From positions 1 to 45,225 of IMG/VR virus record IMGVR_UViG_3300049170_000040: 45,225 nucleotides of DNA; one strand, written 5' to 3'. Made by a program: the position numbers and the translations under genes. A model generated the notes under the pieces. The model saw only the letters and a list, made by a program, of their open reading frames with translations, was not told the DNA's origin and searched no databases. The DNA comes from a virus. Taxonomy: Duplodnaviria; Caudoviricetes. Within the stretch, counting starts at the first letter, position 1. Each line of letters opens with the position of its first letter. Shown here piece after piece: positions 27,301-36,930 of this stretch.

Positions 27301-27624
27301 TCAGCTCGATCCGCCGTTGCCTTCAGTGAGGTCAGGAGCCGGCTCGGAGCACGGTGCGGTCCGCTCGACCATGGCCGCCGGCCTGCCAGGCCCCTCGTCC
27401 ACGAGCGGCCGACCGTCGGGGCCGAGCTCGAAGGACCAATAGGTGATCGTGTTGCCCTCACCATGGATGGCGTGATCGAAGGAGACGGTGTCGATGTCGA
27501 TGCCGTTCGCACGCAGCCAGTCGACCAGCCGCTCGCGATGACGGCGCATGAGGTAGGGGCTGAAGGTGACCGCGGCCTGCTTGCTCACCGCGGTACTGCT
27601 CGCCTTGGGCTTGCTGCTGGTCAC
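27301..27624 (-). CDS. hypothetical protein
   Basis: GTGA-coupled to the HNH gene. Confidence 0.55.
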   Translation of the reverse strand: MTSSKPKASSTAVSKQAAVTFSPYLMRRHRERLVDWLRANGIDIDTVSFDHAIHGEGNTITYWSFELGPDGRPLVDEGPGRPAAMVERTAPCSEPAPDLTEGNGGSS

Positions 27625-27977
27625 TGGCAGAACCCTCCTGGTTGATGCAGTGCTGTCTCGCTGGCATGGCACCGCTGGCAGAGACCACGGCCGTGCTTCG
27701 GGTCGTCAGGGTCGAGACCCTGCGCAACCAACTCACGCCGGCTGAGCGGGTGGTGGTCGGCATGCACGCTGGGCTTGGCGCGACAGATCACACAGAGGGG
27801 ATCGCGGGCCAGAACGGCTGGCCTGAACCGAGTCTCATGCCCTCGGCCGTAGCCGCGCTGCCGGGCGGTGCCGCGTCTTTGCTCGGCTTCGGAGCGGCAC
27901 CCATCGCAGCGACCGCCCTGGCTGAACTCGGGGCAACCAGGGGTTGAGCACACTCGCCACCCTGTTCGTCTGGGCAT
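27621..27977 (-). CDS. HNH endonuclease (terminase-associated, HK97 gp74-like)
   Basis: RQRGYG, RDPLCVIC, ADHH, GLCQRCH; upstream of terS. Confidence 0.85.
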   Translation of the reverse strand: MPRRTGWRVCSTPGCPEFSQGGRCDGCRSEAEQRRGTARQRGYGRGHETRFRPAVLARDPLCVICRAKPSVHADHHPLSRRELVAQGLDPDDPKHGRGLCQRCHASETALHQPGGFCQ

Positions 27978-28024
27978 GAGCCACCCCCTGTCGCTACGGT
28001 GTGCCCCTCGAACCTGGGGGTGTT

Positions 28025-28255
28025 ATGGCGGACAAGCCGAAGACCGACGCCGCAGCAGGCGTGTTCATGGCTGGCCTGGCTCTGGTCTTCATCGGCATCT
28101 GGACGGGCTACACGGTGTGGATGTTCGCGGTCGCCGCGCTATTGATGGTCGGCGCCGTCACAGCGACCGCTCGACAGCGTCGGACTGGCCCGGAGCCCGA
28201 GGTGACGCTTCGCCCCGGAGGTGAAAGCCGGCCGTGGCGAGCACCGAAGGAGTAA
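28025..28255 (+). CDS. small two-TM membrane protein (moron-like)
   Basis: Two hydrophobic segments; opposite orientation to its neighbours; TACGGT -10-like element upstream. Confidence 0.65.
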   Translation: MADKPKTDAAAGVFMAGLALVFIGIWTGYTVWMFAVAALLMVGAVTATARQRRTGPEPEVTLRPGGESRPWRAPKE

Positions 28256-28277
28256 CTGGCTCCGGCCGCCGGCCCTC

Positions 28278-29384
28278 CTACTTGATGCCGTCGGCGTCGT
28301 GAACGTGGATGATCGGCGGTGCTGCTGCGGCCTGGGCGCCGTCGATGGCGAGGAAGCTGGCGCGGGTCCGGTGGTTCTTGCGGGTGCACGCCTCGTAGAT
28401 GATGCGCTGTCTCGGGCTGGTCGCCGTCAGGTGGTAGCCGTGCTTCCCGACCAAGTCACAGTTCCGGTAGGCGATGACGCCCGGGTTGGTGTACTCGTGG
28501 GCCACCAGACCGGCCGAGTGCTTCTGGAAGCCGAGCGCCGTGTCGGAGCAGCCGTCGAAGACGATGTGACCGGACCACTTCGATTCGATTACCTTGCTAG
28601 CCGCATTCCTCAGTTCGAAGCGCACACCGCGAACGCTGAGGTGCTGCACCGAGTCGTAGTGCCCGGCAGCCGGGAAGTGGAAGAAGCGCGAGATGCCACC
28701 GTCGGGGCGCTGCCCCTTGATGATGAAGGAGCCGCCGTCGACGCTGATGTAGCCACCCTTGTCGGCGCGGATGAAGTCCCCGTGGTCGTACTCGACCTTG
28801 CAGTTCGTGAACCAGTAGTTGAGGAACTGATCCTGCTGCGGGAACTTCGGCGACATCCCGATGCGGAGGAACGCGTCCGAGTAGCTGCCGTTGATGTGGC
28901 AGGCCGTCCAGAACATCTCCGAGTTCGTGTTGCTGGCCTGGGGCCCGTCAAGGCCGACGCCGTAGCTCCACTGGCCGCGCCACTCGCAGTTCGTCCAGCC
29001 CCAGTCCTGGCAGGCGCCAGTGCTGGAGCTGTACAGGTACGACGCCTTCGGGTTCGTCGACCGGAAGGAGACGTCATGCCAGCGGACGCCCATCCACCGG
29101 TCCTGGTTGATCAGGAGCGGCTCGGGGCCGGTCATGACGATCTCGGACGCACGCTTGCCGATGCCGCGGACCGTCAATCCCTGCGCGCGGCCCTTGACAG
29201 GCCGCATGATGGAGCCAGACACCGTGTAGCTGCCCGACAGAAGGATGTCGGTCGTCGCGACGGGCACACCGCCGCCGGCATCGCGGACGAGGCGCTTGTC
29301 AACGTCGGCGAACAGCGCACGGAAGGCCTGAGTGGCATCCTGGCCGGGCCGGGCGCCGTAGTCCTCGGGTCGGATCGTCACCAT
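28278..29384 (-). CDS. pectate-lyase-3-like right-handed beta-helix protein
   Basis: N-terminal PEDYGA..GQDATQAF motif; repeated F.NC/W..C beta-helix rungs; GGAGG RBS. Confidence 0.7.
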   Translation of the reverse strand: MVTIRPEDYGARPGQDATQAFRALFADVDKRLVRDAGGGVPVATTDILLSGSYTVSGSIMRPVKGRAQGLTVRGIGKRASEIVMTGPEPLLINQDRWMGVRWHDVSFRSTNPKASYLYSSSTGACQDWGWTNCEWRGQWSYGVGLDGPQASNTNSEMFWTACHINGSYSDAFLRIGMSPKFPQQDQFLNYWFTNCKVEYDHGDFIRADKGGYISVDGGSFIIKGQRPDGGISRFFHFPAAGHYDSVQHLSVRGVRFELRNAASKVIESKWSGHIVFDGCSDTALGFQKHSAGLVAHEYTNPGVIAYRNCDLVGKHGYHLTATSPRQRIIYEACTRKNHRTRASFLAIDGAQAAAAPPIIHVHDADGIK

Positions 29385-29486
29385 GCCCGCACCTCCACGC
29401 CAGGATGTGCCCGTAGCGGGCGGACGACAAGCCCCGATAGCAGGGCGCATCGGGGCGATCAGGCGGCGCGAGCGAAGCCTGGAGGT

Positions 29487-29714
29487 CTAGGCGGCCTTGG
29501 GGCGGCCCGCCTTCACCTCGGAGGCCCGCTTCACGGTCGGAAGGTGGTAGAGCGGCTCTCCTCCGTCGAGCTGCACACGCTCGATCTTGCCGCGGGATTC
29601 CCAGACTCGAATGGTGCCCGGCTTGACGTTAGCGATTCGAGCCGCGTCCCAGATGTTGCCTAGGTCCGCCAGGTACAGGTCGCGCACGTCCTCGGGATTC
29701 TCGAAGGCCGGCAC
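29487..29714 (-). CDS. MerR/excisionase-like HTH DNA-binding protein
   Basis: WDAARIANVKPGTIRVWESRGKI motif. Confidence 0.8.
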   Translation of the reverse strand: MPAFENPEDVRDLYLADLGNIWDAARIANVKPGTIRVWESRGKIERVQLDGGEPLYHLPTVKRASEVKAGRPKAA

Positions 29715-29731
29715 AAGAACCCCCTAACGCA

Positions 29732-29758
29732 GAAGCCCCCGCACTCGGCAGGGGCTTC
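29732..29758. terminator. hairpin terminator
   Basis: GAAGCCCC...GGGGCTTC stem. Confidence 0.55.
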
Positions 29759-29835
29759 GGTGGCACGTGGGATGGGTGTTCCACCATCGGATTCTGAGAT
29801 TACGGTATTTCCCGATCCGCTACAAGCAGCTCTTG

Positions 29836-30417
29836 TCAACCCTTGCCGGACAGCCAGTCTTGGCCATCTGGCACGATCGAGCCCTCCCACTTCGGCGGCC
29901 CATAGTCCCGGCGCAGTTGCTCGATGCACTGCTGCAGCTCTGCACCAGGGTGGAAGTACTCGCCGCTGGCCCGTAGATGAGCGAACTGCTGGTGGCGCTC
30001 GTTCTCCAGAATTAGGCTGCCGGGTTCGAGGGCGAGGACTTCGTTGGGGCGAATGGCCGTGAAGCGCGTTGCTAGGTCGGTCGTGGTTCCGATCTTCACC
30101 AAGTGGCCGCAGCGGACGTAGTAGACCCATGCGGAACGGTCGATGTCGCTCTCGCGGCCTCTTCGCTGCCAGCGTGGAACATCTCCGGGAGCTACATCCG
30201 CTTCGCTGATCGCCCGCTCAGAGCGCCAGCGTCCGAGCTGCGTAGCGATCTCGACTGCGCGGTCGTCTATCTCCACGCCAGCCTGCACCATGGCGTTGAG
30301 GGTGATGAGGATGCTCGCCCGTGCCGGGTCATCCGGGTCGACTTTGTCTGCATGCGGAATGCGGTCGCCCACGTTTCTCTTGCTCCACGGAGGCGGCTGA
30401 ACTACGAGTCGGGCCAT
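29836..30417 (-). CDS. GIY-YIG (T5orf172-like) nuclease domain protein
   Basis: WVYYVRCGHLVKIGTTTDLATRF...E..RH..F...R..GEYF. Confidence 0.82.
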   Translation of the reverse strand: MARLVVQPPPWSKRNVGDRIPHADKVDPDDPARASILITLNAMVQAGVEIDDRAVEIATQLGRWRSERAISEADVAPGDVPRWQRRGRESDIDRSAWVYYVRCGHLVKIGTTTDLATRFTAIRPNEVLALEPGSLILENERHQQFAHLRASGEYFHPGAELQQCIEQLRRDYGPPKWEGSIVPDGQDWLSGKG

Positions 30418-30490
30418 GTTCAATGCTCCCAGGGGGTACTGACAGCGCCGTTGGCCTGCGCCCAATCAGCCGGCCCGCCACACTGCTTCT

Positions 30491-30676
30491 ATGGCGACTG
30501 TGTTCTCGGTTCAGGCGGATTCGCGGGCGGAGTGCGAGCGGGAGTTGGAGCGGCTGTGCCGGGATTTCGGGCTGGTGCCGGCGATGCGGCCGATGGAGTC
30601 TCGGGGGACTGGCCGGTGGATGGCTCGGGCTACGCCGAAGGCCCCCGTCGAGGTGGGCGGAGGCCGGGCGGGCTAG
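30491..30676 (+). CDS. small hypothetical protein
   Basis: Fills the gap, convergent with the next gene; protein-like composition. Confidence 0.5.
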   Translation: MATVFSVQADSRAECERELERLCRDFGLVPAMRPMESRGTGRWMARATPKAPVEVGGGRAG

Positions 30677-31017
30677 CGCCGCTGGTCGTGGCTGCAGAAT
30701 CCGCAGCGGTTACCGGCGCTTTTCGGGTTGTCCGCGCCGCAGAACCAGCAGGTGAATCGGGGACGGGCTTGGGCCCTCCAGTAGCGCATTACGGCCCGTC
30801 CTACGGCTCGAGGCAGTGGGAGGGCGACTAGAGGCTGCTCCGGCGTGCAGTGGCAGGGCGCTTCGTCGGCGCAATCGATCTCGTAGGCGGTGTATCCGCA
30901 GCCGTCGCAGTCGGGGCAGTGCGGATCAGGGGTTCGGTGGAGTGCGAGGGCTGGGCGGACGCGCTTGCCGATGTACAAGGCCGGCCAGTAGGTGACGGTC
31001 AAGCGCAGGCTGGTCAT
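30673..31017 (-). CDS. Cys-rich zinc-finger protein
   Basis: CPDCDGCG, CHC, CWFC, CGFC; ATGA coupling. Confidence 0.65.
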   Translation of the reverse strand: MTSLRLTVTYWPALYIGKRVRPALALHRTPDPHCPDCDGCGYTAYEIDCADEAPCHCTPEQPLVALPLPRAVGRAVMRYWRAQARPRFTCWFCGADNPKSAGNRCGFCSHDQRR

Positions 31018-31616
31018 CGGTTGTTCCTTTCGGCGGCTTCGGCCCGACGTGCGGCTGCTTCGACGAGCTCGATGGCCTGCTGGGCGGTGCGGCCTGATGC
31101 CTGATTCCAGTCGCCGATGAGGCCCTTCCATCCGCGGTGGCGGAGTTCGGTGAGGATGTGGCCGGCGGCGGTGTGGGCGGTGGGGACGCTGCCGACTCCG
31201 AGGCTCACGGCGGCGCAGAGGGCGCCGCAGATGCAGCGGCGGCCGCGGCGGTCGCGGAGCTTGTGCGGGGCCTGCTGCCAGCCCCATTCGCGAAGTACGG
31301 CGGCAGCGACGTGCATCTGGGTTGACGCGGGGTGGGAGGCGTCGTAACCACGCCAGGCCCGATCCGGCAGAATCCGGGCCAGGCGGCCGGGGAGGCGGAT
31401 GTCGACGGCGGGGCGGGTGCCGTGCTGGCTGATGCCAGCTGCGGCAACGAGTTCGTCAACGGTCATCGTGACGAGTCCTCGGGCAGAGCGGTTGGCGGGG
31501 GCGGTGCGCTGGTAGCCGGCGGCGATCCTGTCGAACTGGGCGTCGACGAGGGTGGCGTTGACGAGTCGGGCGGCGGCCTGGTCGAGGGTGGCGGGCGTGA
31601 GGGTGGCTGTGGTCAT
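31014..31616 (-). CDS. hypothetical protein (DUF6197-like)
   Basis: LREWGWQQ...CICGAL...WNQASGRT pattern; AAGGA RBS. Confidence 0.65.
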   Translation of the reverse strand: MTTATLTPATLDQAAARLVNATLVDAQFDRIAAGYQRTAPANRSARGLVTMTVDELVAAAGISQHGTRPAVDIRLPGRLARILPDRAWRGYDASHPASTQMHVAAAVLREWGWQQAPHKLRDRRGRRCICGALCAAVSLGVGSVPTAHTAAGHILTELRHRGWKGLIGDWNQASGRTAQQAIELVEAAARRAEAAERNNR

Positions 31617-31703
31617 CTGGGGGTTCCTTCTGTGTGCGCGAGCGCGCGGAGGGTGGATGGGGCGCCCCTGTTGCTGTCCAGGCGGGTAGGGGCGCCCCCG
31701 CTT

Positions 31704-31877
31704 TCATCGGCCGAGGAGCGGCCGGTTGCTCTCCAGGTAGAACAGGGCCCGGCGCAGCTCGTCGTCGGTGAGTCCGGTGGCGAGGAGGAGATCGCGGGTG
31801 CGGGCTGCGTCTCCGGCGGCGGTGCGGGCGGCGCCGGTGGCGATCTGGGCGAGCTGCTTGTCTGTGCGGTGGGCCAT
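31704..31877 (-). CDS. small hypothetical protein
   Basis: AAGGAG RBS before MAHRTDK. Confidence 0.6.
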   Translation of the reverse strand: MAHRTDKQLAQIATGAARTAAGDAARTRDLLLATGLTDDELRRALFYLESNRPLLGR

Positions 31878-31957
31878 GGGTGTCTCCTTGGGTGGTGGGC
31901 TCGGGTCTGTCCCGGCTCCCCTCACCGCCCGTTCGGGTCGGGCGGATCGGGCAGCCG

Positions 31958-32422
31958 TCAGAACCAGCCGCGCTTCTTGCCGGCCCCGGCGCCGACGGGC
32001 TCCTTCGCGGCCTTCTTGGCCCGGTTGGCTGCGACCTCTTCGGCGTGGAGGCGGGCGATGCGCTCGGCGAGCTTCTCCGCGTTGACGATGGCGCGAGGGT
32101 TGTCGCCGATGTTCCGCATGCCAGCCGGCTGCTGGGTGAGTACCTCGCGTTCCCGGGTAAGGAGCTGGCCGACGCCCTCCTCGCCGCGTCCGCTGGTGGA
32201 GTGCGGCGAGCAGGTCATGAGGTGGCCGCTGGGCCAGGACCGGTCGGCGGTGACGATGTGGATGCTGTACAGCTGGGCGTCTTCGTAGCCGTGGGCACCC
32301 TTGCCGGTGACGTAGCGGTCGGCGACGTCGTGGACGGTGTAGAGGATGTCGCCGGGCTTGACGTCTTCGATGAGCCGCTTCTTGTCGCCGCGGGTGGCCT
32401 TGTAGACGGGCTTGAGTGCCAT
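31958..32422 (-). CDS. hypothetical protein
   Basis: AAGGAG RBS; first gene downstream of the clt-like locus. Confidence 0.7.
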   Translation of the reverse strand: MALKPVYKATRGDKKRLIEDVKPGDILYTVHDVADRYVTGKGAHGYEDAQLYSIHIVTADRSWPSGHLMTCSPHSTSGRGEEGVGQLLTREREVLTQQPAGMRNIGDNPRAIVNAEKLAERIARLHAEEVAANRAKKAAKEPVGAGAGKKRGWF

Positions 32423-32466
32423 GATCGGGTTCTCCTTCAGGGGTGGGATGTTTCGGGTGATTTCGG

Positions 32467-32622
32467 GTGCTCGATGGCAGTGCGGTGCCGCTCCGTCGCA
32501 GGTCAGAGGTGCTCGGGGAGCTGCTCGGGGGATGCTCGCGAGCAGTCGCCGAGCAAGGCCGAGCGGAGGAGCGAGCAGGGCCTGACCTGCGGCTTAGCAC
32601 CCGCGAGCAGGCCCGAGCAGGG
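32467..32622. repeat. clt-like locus (putative TraB recognition repeats)
   Basis: TGCTCG x4 (32468, 32510, 32522, 32533), then CGAGCA/CGAGCG x6 in the opposite orientation, centred on palindrome TGCTCGCGAGCA. Outer GCAGGTCAG/CTGACCTGC inverted pair. Immediately 3' of the FtsK gene. Confidence 0.65.
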
Positions 32623-32636
32623 GGACGATCAGGGCA

Positions 32637-34661
32637 TTACAGGCGCTGGAGCGCGTCGAGCTTGTAACCGCGAGGGTTGGCCATTCCGTCGATCTCGCCG
32701 AGCGGCACGGGGCTTCCAGCGCCCGCATCCTTCAGCCGCTTCTTGAGCTGGTCGACGGTCAGATCCGGGTAGCCCCACTCTTCGCGCAGGGCTTCGGCGA
32801 GCGGCTCGGGGCGCATCCGGTCCACGCCTGCCCGCTCCATGACTTCGATCGCCCGGTTGACCAGCAGCTCGTCAGCGGAGAGTCCACCGATGCGTCCGGG
32901 CCTACCGTTGCGGTCCGGGCCGCCGGCGGCTGACGACAGGCCGGTCCCGACGATCAGGCACTGTTCGATCGGGTCGTCCCACTGGCCAGCCAGGCGCCCG
33001 GCGTCGTCGCGGAGCTTGGCGGCGTACTTCATCAGCTGGGTGACCTCACCACGCTCGTCCTCGTCGAGGTCGAAGGACCGGGCGAGGTCGGTGCCGCCGG
33101 CGAACGGGTTGTTCAGCCAGCCGAGTCCAGGCCGCGGCGGGTCGAACTTGGAGGCGTCCGGGCCGCCAGATCCCGCGAGGCCGGAGCCGAGGATCGTGTT
33201 CGACTGGGTCCCGCTGTCGACCTTCATGGCCCACTTCGTGCCGCAGTTCATCGACAGGCGGGTGGGGATGACGTCGACCTGGGGCAGCTGAGTGGTGAGA
33301 ACCAGAAGGATCCCGGCACCAGCCGCTACGGCCGCGATCTTCATTAGGTTCTCCAGCAGCTGGTCGCGGTCGTCGTGGCTGCCGGGGCTGGTGTAGGTGG
33401 CGACCTCGTCGATGACGACCAGTTCGATTCCGCCGAGTCGCATGATCGTGTCCTCGGTCATCTTCGACTTGCCGAGTTCACCGAGGAGCCGGTTGCGGCG
33501 GTCCATGTCGGCGATCAGCGCGTCGGTGAGGGCGAGGAGTCGTGTCGGGTCGGGCTTGAAGTAGGTGGCGGCAACTCCCGCGCGACCAAGAGCGTCGAAC
33601 TCGCCGTTCTCCTTTCCTGCAACGATCCGCAGGTTGATGCGGGGGTCCATGGCGGCACCCACAAGGAGGTTAGCCATGCCGACACCCTTGCCGGAGCGGG
33701 TGGTGCCGCCGATCAGGGTGTGCTGGTTGCGGATGAGCAGGCGGACGGTGTTGCCGCGCTTGCCCCAGCCGACGGGCACGCCGTCCTTCCAGGCGTCGAC
33801 CGGGCCGGGGGCCTGGATGAGCGGGGAGGGACGGGTGTCCTCGAACGGATCGGTATCCGACATCCAGATCTGTGCCTGGTTGGCGTGTGCGCCCTTGCTG
33901 ACATCAACCATGGGCACGTCTCGCTTCAGCGCGCCGGCGAGGGCTTCGGTCTTGCTCTTGAGGGCGGTAACGGTGTCGTCGAGGTCGACGACCATGGTGT
34001 AGGTGCTGCTCTGCCCGTGGCGGGTCATCGGCTGGATGATCTCGGCGTCGAAGCCCAGCTTTTTCAGGGCGGCCAGGATCTTCTCGTCTCCTGGGGCGGG
34101 GGCGATGCCGGATGCCGCAGATCCAGGTGCGAGGAGGTTCTGCTGTTCCGTGGCGCGGGGCCGGCCGTTCCAGGCGCCGACGCCGAGGGCGGCAAGCGCG
34201 AGGGGAATGTCGAGCAGGGGGGCGCCGATGGTGGTGACGGTGACGCCCGCCCCCGCGACGGTGGCCCAGCCGCTGGTCTTGAGTCCGTAGAGGAGGCGGT
34301 GTTTGCGGTAGGCAGCGCGGCGGTCTCGAACGAGGTTGTGGCTCTTGGCCTCGGCGACCGCGTCCCCCTTGGCGGCCTTCCGGTCGGCCTTGGCCGTGGC
34401 GATCATCTGCGGGTAGTCGTCGCGGTAGCCGTCGAACCACTTGCGGGCGAGCCGCCAGTAGCCGCGGGCGATCCACGGGGCGTACATCCGGTTGGCGAGG
34501 ACGTGGTCCTGTGCGGCGGTCAGCCACTCCGGCCGGGTGGCGAGGGTGGCGCCCTGGTGCTCGACGACCGTGCCCTCGACGGGCTGGTCGACGTTCTCCT
34601 TGACGAGGGTCAGGTTGGGGCGGTCACCGGCGGGCGGCTGCGCGTGGGTGGCGGTGCTCAC
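32637..34661 (-). CDS. TraB-like FtsK/SpoIIIE DNA translocase
   Basis: TM hairpin, Walker A GGTTRSGKG, Walker B VVIDE, LTTQLP, C-terminal wHTH-like tail ending RGYKL. Confidence 0.85.
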   Translation of the reverse strand: MSTATHAQPPAGDRPNLTLVKENVDQPVEGTVVEHQGATLATRPEWLTAAQDHVLANRMYAPWIARGYWRLARKWFDGYRDDYPQMIATAKADRKAAKGDAVAEAKSHNLVRDRRAAYRKHRLLYGLKTSGWATVAGAGVTVTTIGAPLLDIPLALAALGVGAWNGRPRATEQQNLLAPGSAASGIAPAPGDEKILAALKKLGFDAEIIQPMTRHGQSSTYTMVVDLDDTVTALKSKTEALAGALKRDVPMVDVSKGAHANQAQIWMSDTDPFEDTRPSPLIQAPGPVDAWKDGVPVGWGKRGNTVRLLIRNQHTLIGGTTRSGKGVGMANLLVGAAMDPRINLRIVAGKENGEFDALGRAGVAATYFKPDPTRLLALTDALIADMDRRNRLLGELGKSKMTEDTIMRLGGIELVVIDEVATYTSPGSHDDRDQLLENLMKIAAVAAGAGILLVLTTQLPQVDVIPTRLSMNCGTKWAMKVDSGTQSNTILGSGLAGSGGPDASKFDPPRPGLGWLNNPFAGGTDLARSFDLDEDERGEVTQLMKYAAKLRDDAGRLAGQWDDPIEQCLIVGTGLSSAAGGPDRNGRPGRIGGLSADELLVNRAIEVMERAGVDRMRPEPLAEALREEWGYPDLTVDQLKKRLKDAGAGSPVPLGEIDGMANPRGYKLDALQRL

Positions 34662-35944
34662 GACTGCTCCTCGGATGCGACGTTGGACTGGCGCTTTGCG
34701 TCGGCCGCGAGGGCCCGCGCGACGGGGTGGAACTTGGGGGTGTCGTTGCGCTTCCGGCGAGGCGGAACGGGCTTGTACGAGGACCGCTTCGCAGGCGCCT
34801 TCACTTGGATCACACGCTGGGCGTTTGCGGCCTTGACAGGCTTCTCGCCCGGCGCCTCGGAGCGGGCCGCTACGACCCTGCGCGCGGCGGCGTTACGACC
34901 TCGAATGATGTCGACAGACTCGCTCGGATCGGTGCCTTCGATGTCGTTGTGCGCACGCTTCCAGATGGCCTCGGTGACAGCCGTCTCGCCGAGCGCTGCG
35001 GCCAGCTTCACGGCGTGCTCCCACACCTTGGGGAAGTGCTTGGCCCGGTCGTTCGCGAGCTTCGCCGCAATCTCCTCGGCTGCCTTCAGGGCAGCGGCCT
35101 TCTCTGCGGCCACCTTCTTCTCCTCGGCGGCCTTCTGAACGGCGTTCTGCTTCTCGGCCTTCTTCGCCGCCCTCCGCTGGCGCCATGTCGGGGCGCCGTC
35201 GCGGCGGGCGATCCGGCCGTGCTCGTGGAGGTCCCACATGCCGGGGCCGGCGATCGAGGCCAGCGCGGTCCCGAAGGCGGTGGCAGGGTCGAACGCATCC
35301 AGGCCGTGGACGATGTTGATCGTCGCGGCGGTGAGGGCACCACCCCAGGCGACGAGTCGGTAGTGCCAGTGCGGGCGTCCGGCGGTCACGGCGGCCGCGG
35401 CGCCAACGAGGGCGACGAGTGCGATCAGCTCGATGAAGACCGGGGCGACGAGCAGGTACTCGGCGCCGGGCTTGTAGAAGGCGGCCATCTGTACGGGGAG
35501 AGCGACAGCGGCGCACAGGGCGTAGAAGCCCTTGGCCGTCTTCCGCCACCGGCCAGTCGCAGCGTCGACCGCTTCCTCGGCCGCGGCCTGCTCCTGCAGG
35601 GCAGCTTCGGCAGCCTTCCGCTCCTCGTCAGCGGCTCGCTCCTCAGCCTCCCGGACCCGGTTCGCTTCGGCGATCTTCGCGAGCTGCTCGGCCTTCTCCC
35701 GCTCGAAGCGCAGGGCGGCCCGCTCGTTGGCGAGGCGGAGCTTCTCCGCTTCGGCCGCCGCAGTGGCCCTGATGGCGTCGGCCTCGGCCTGGGCCTTGAT
35801 GCGGCGCTCTTCGATCTCGGCGGCGGTACGGGCACGGATCGCCTCGGCCTCGGCATCCGCGATGCCGGCCCGCGCCCACGACTCGGCGTGCGAGGTCTCA
35901 GGCAGCTTGGTGCCGTTGACCTTCTCGATGGACGAGGTGCTCAC
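34658..35944 (-). CDS. coiled-coil plus multi-TM protein (Spd/DUF2637-like spread protein candidate)
   Basis: Long Ala/Glu coiled coil, about 4 TMs (ATINIVHG), basic C-tail; GTGA-coupled to the traB-like gene. Confidence 0.7.
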   Translation of the reverse strand: MSTSSIEKVNGTKLPETSHAESWARAGIADAEAEAIRARTAAEIEERRIKAQAEADAIRATAAAEAEKLRLANERAALRFEREKAEQLAKIAEANRVREAEERAADEERKAAEAALQEQAAAEEAVDAATGRWRKTAKGFYALCAAVALPVQMAAFYKPGAEYLLVAPVFIELIALVALVGAAAAVTAGRPHWHYRLVAWGGALTAATINIVHGLDAFDPATAFGTALASIAGPGMWDLHEHGRIARRDGAPTWRQRRAAKKAEKQNAVQKAAEEKKVAAEKAAALKAAEEIAAKLANDRAKHFPKVWEHAVKLAAALGETAVTEAIWKRAHNDIEGTDPSESVDIIRGRNAAARRVVAARSEAPGEKPVKAANAQRVIQVKAPAKRSSYKPVPPRRKRNDTPKFHPVARALAADAKRQSNVASEEQS

Positions 35945-35958
35945 GGTGATCAATCCCT

Positions 35959-36180
35959 TCAGGTTCCGGTTGTGCGCTGGGTGGGGATGGTGGAGGGCTT
36001 GACGAGACGGATGGTCGGCGGCGGCGCCTCGACGCTGCTGGCGACGACTGCGGCCGCCGCGGAGGCGACGAGCACGATGCGCCAGAGGAGCGAGACGTCT
36101 GCGCCGAACACGAAGGCCAGGCATCCGAAGACGGCGAAAGCGAAGGCGGGCCGCATGGCCTGCTGCCAGTTGACGATCAC
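35959..36180 (-). CDS. small two-TM membrane protein
   Basis: Two hydrophobic segments; GTGA-coupled. Confidence 0.6.
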   Translation of the reverse strand: MIVNWQQAMRPAFAFAVFGCLAFVFGADVSLLWRIVLVASAAAAVVASSVEAPPPTIRLVKPSTIPTQRTTGT

Positions 36181-36716
36181 CGGACCGCTCCCATCAGGGC
36201 GGGCCACAGGCGGTCGTCGCGGCCCCAGGTCATGTCGATGACGTGGACCATGGCGCCGTGCTGCCTCACCTCGCGGATCGCCCGGTGGCCGACGCCTCGC
36301 CAGAAGTAGTGGACGGTGTCGCGGCGCATCCGCCAGCCGCCGATCGTGGTGAAGGGGCGGCCGTTGTCCTCGGTGAGCACGATCTGGCGCTTCGGCCAGC
36401 CGCGGGCCACGGTGAACCCCTGCTGCTGCAGGGCGAGGAGGCGGCCGAGGATCGGGTTGTGGTCGTGGACGATGCCCTCGACGCAGGCGCGCTGCCGGCC
36501 GTAGCGGTCAACGGTGGCGGGCTGGCTGCTGACCGTGACGAAGCCAGCCCGGTTCAGGGCGATCAGGGTGGGGACGAGGTGGCGTGCGCCGTTCTCCTCC
36601 TCCTGCCCGAACGGACCGTCGTAGCCGGGCCATGCCGGGAGTCGGCCCTCCAGCCACAGCGCCATGTTCTGGCCGAGGTCGGCGATGCTGCGGGCGTCGC
36701 GCCATACGTTGCCCAT
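36177..36716 (-). CDS. hypothetical protein (DUF6919-like)
   Basis: ALWLEG...LNRAGFVTVSSQP...QRA.VEG...D..WGRDDRLW pattern. Confidence 0.7.
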   Translation of the reverse strand: MGNVWRDARSIADLGQNMALWLEGRLPAWPGYDGPFGQEEENGARHLVPTLIALNRAGFVTVSSQPATVDRYGRQRACVEGIVHDHNPILGRLLALQQQGFTVARGWPKRQIVLTEDNGRPFTTIGGWRMRRDTVHYFWRGVGHRAIREVRQHGAMVHVIDMTWGRDDRLWPALMGAVR

Positions 36717-36910
36717 CAGGACTCCTCGGAGTCGTCGACGGACGCGGCGAGGATGCGCATAGCGGTCTGCTGGCGGTAGTCCCCGGAGTGGGCGGTGAGG
36801 TTGTACGCGGCGTCCTGGCTGCCAGCGTTGAGCTTCTTGGCGGCGTTGCGGATCTCGGCATCGGTGGGCTGGTAGCCCTTCGGCTCGGACTTGCGGCTGA
36901 ACAGGCCCAT
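36716..36910 (-). CDS. small hypothetical protein
   Basis: AAGGAG RBS before MGLFSRK; TGATG coupling. Confidence 0.65.
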   Translation of the reverse strand: MGLFSRKSEPKGYQPTDAEIRNAAKKLNAGSQDAAYNLTAHSGDYRQQTAMRILAASVDDSEES

Positions 36911-36930
36911 GGCGGGCTCCTTCCAGAGGG

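Noticed and set aside
28221-29663. 480-aa plus-strand ORF
   Set aside because: Antisense shadow of the beta-helix gene; no motifs.
33375-36241. Plus-strand ORFs of 587 and 504 aa
   Set aside because: Antisense shadows of the TraB-like and Spd-like genes.
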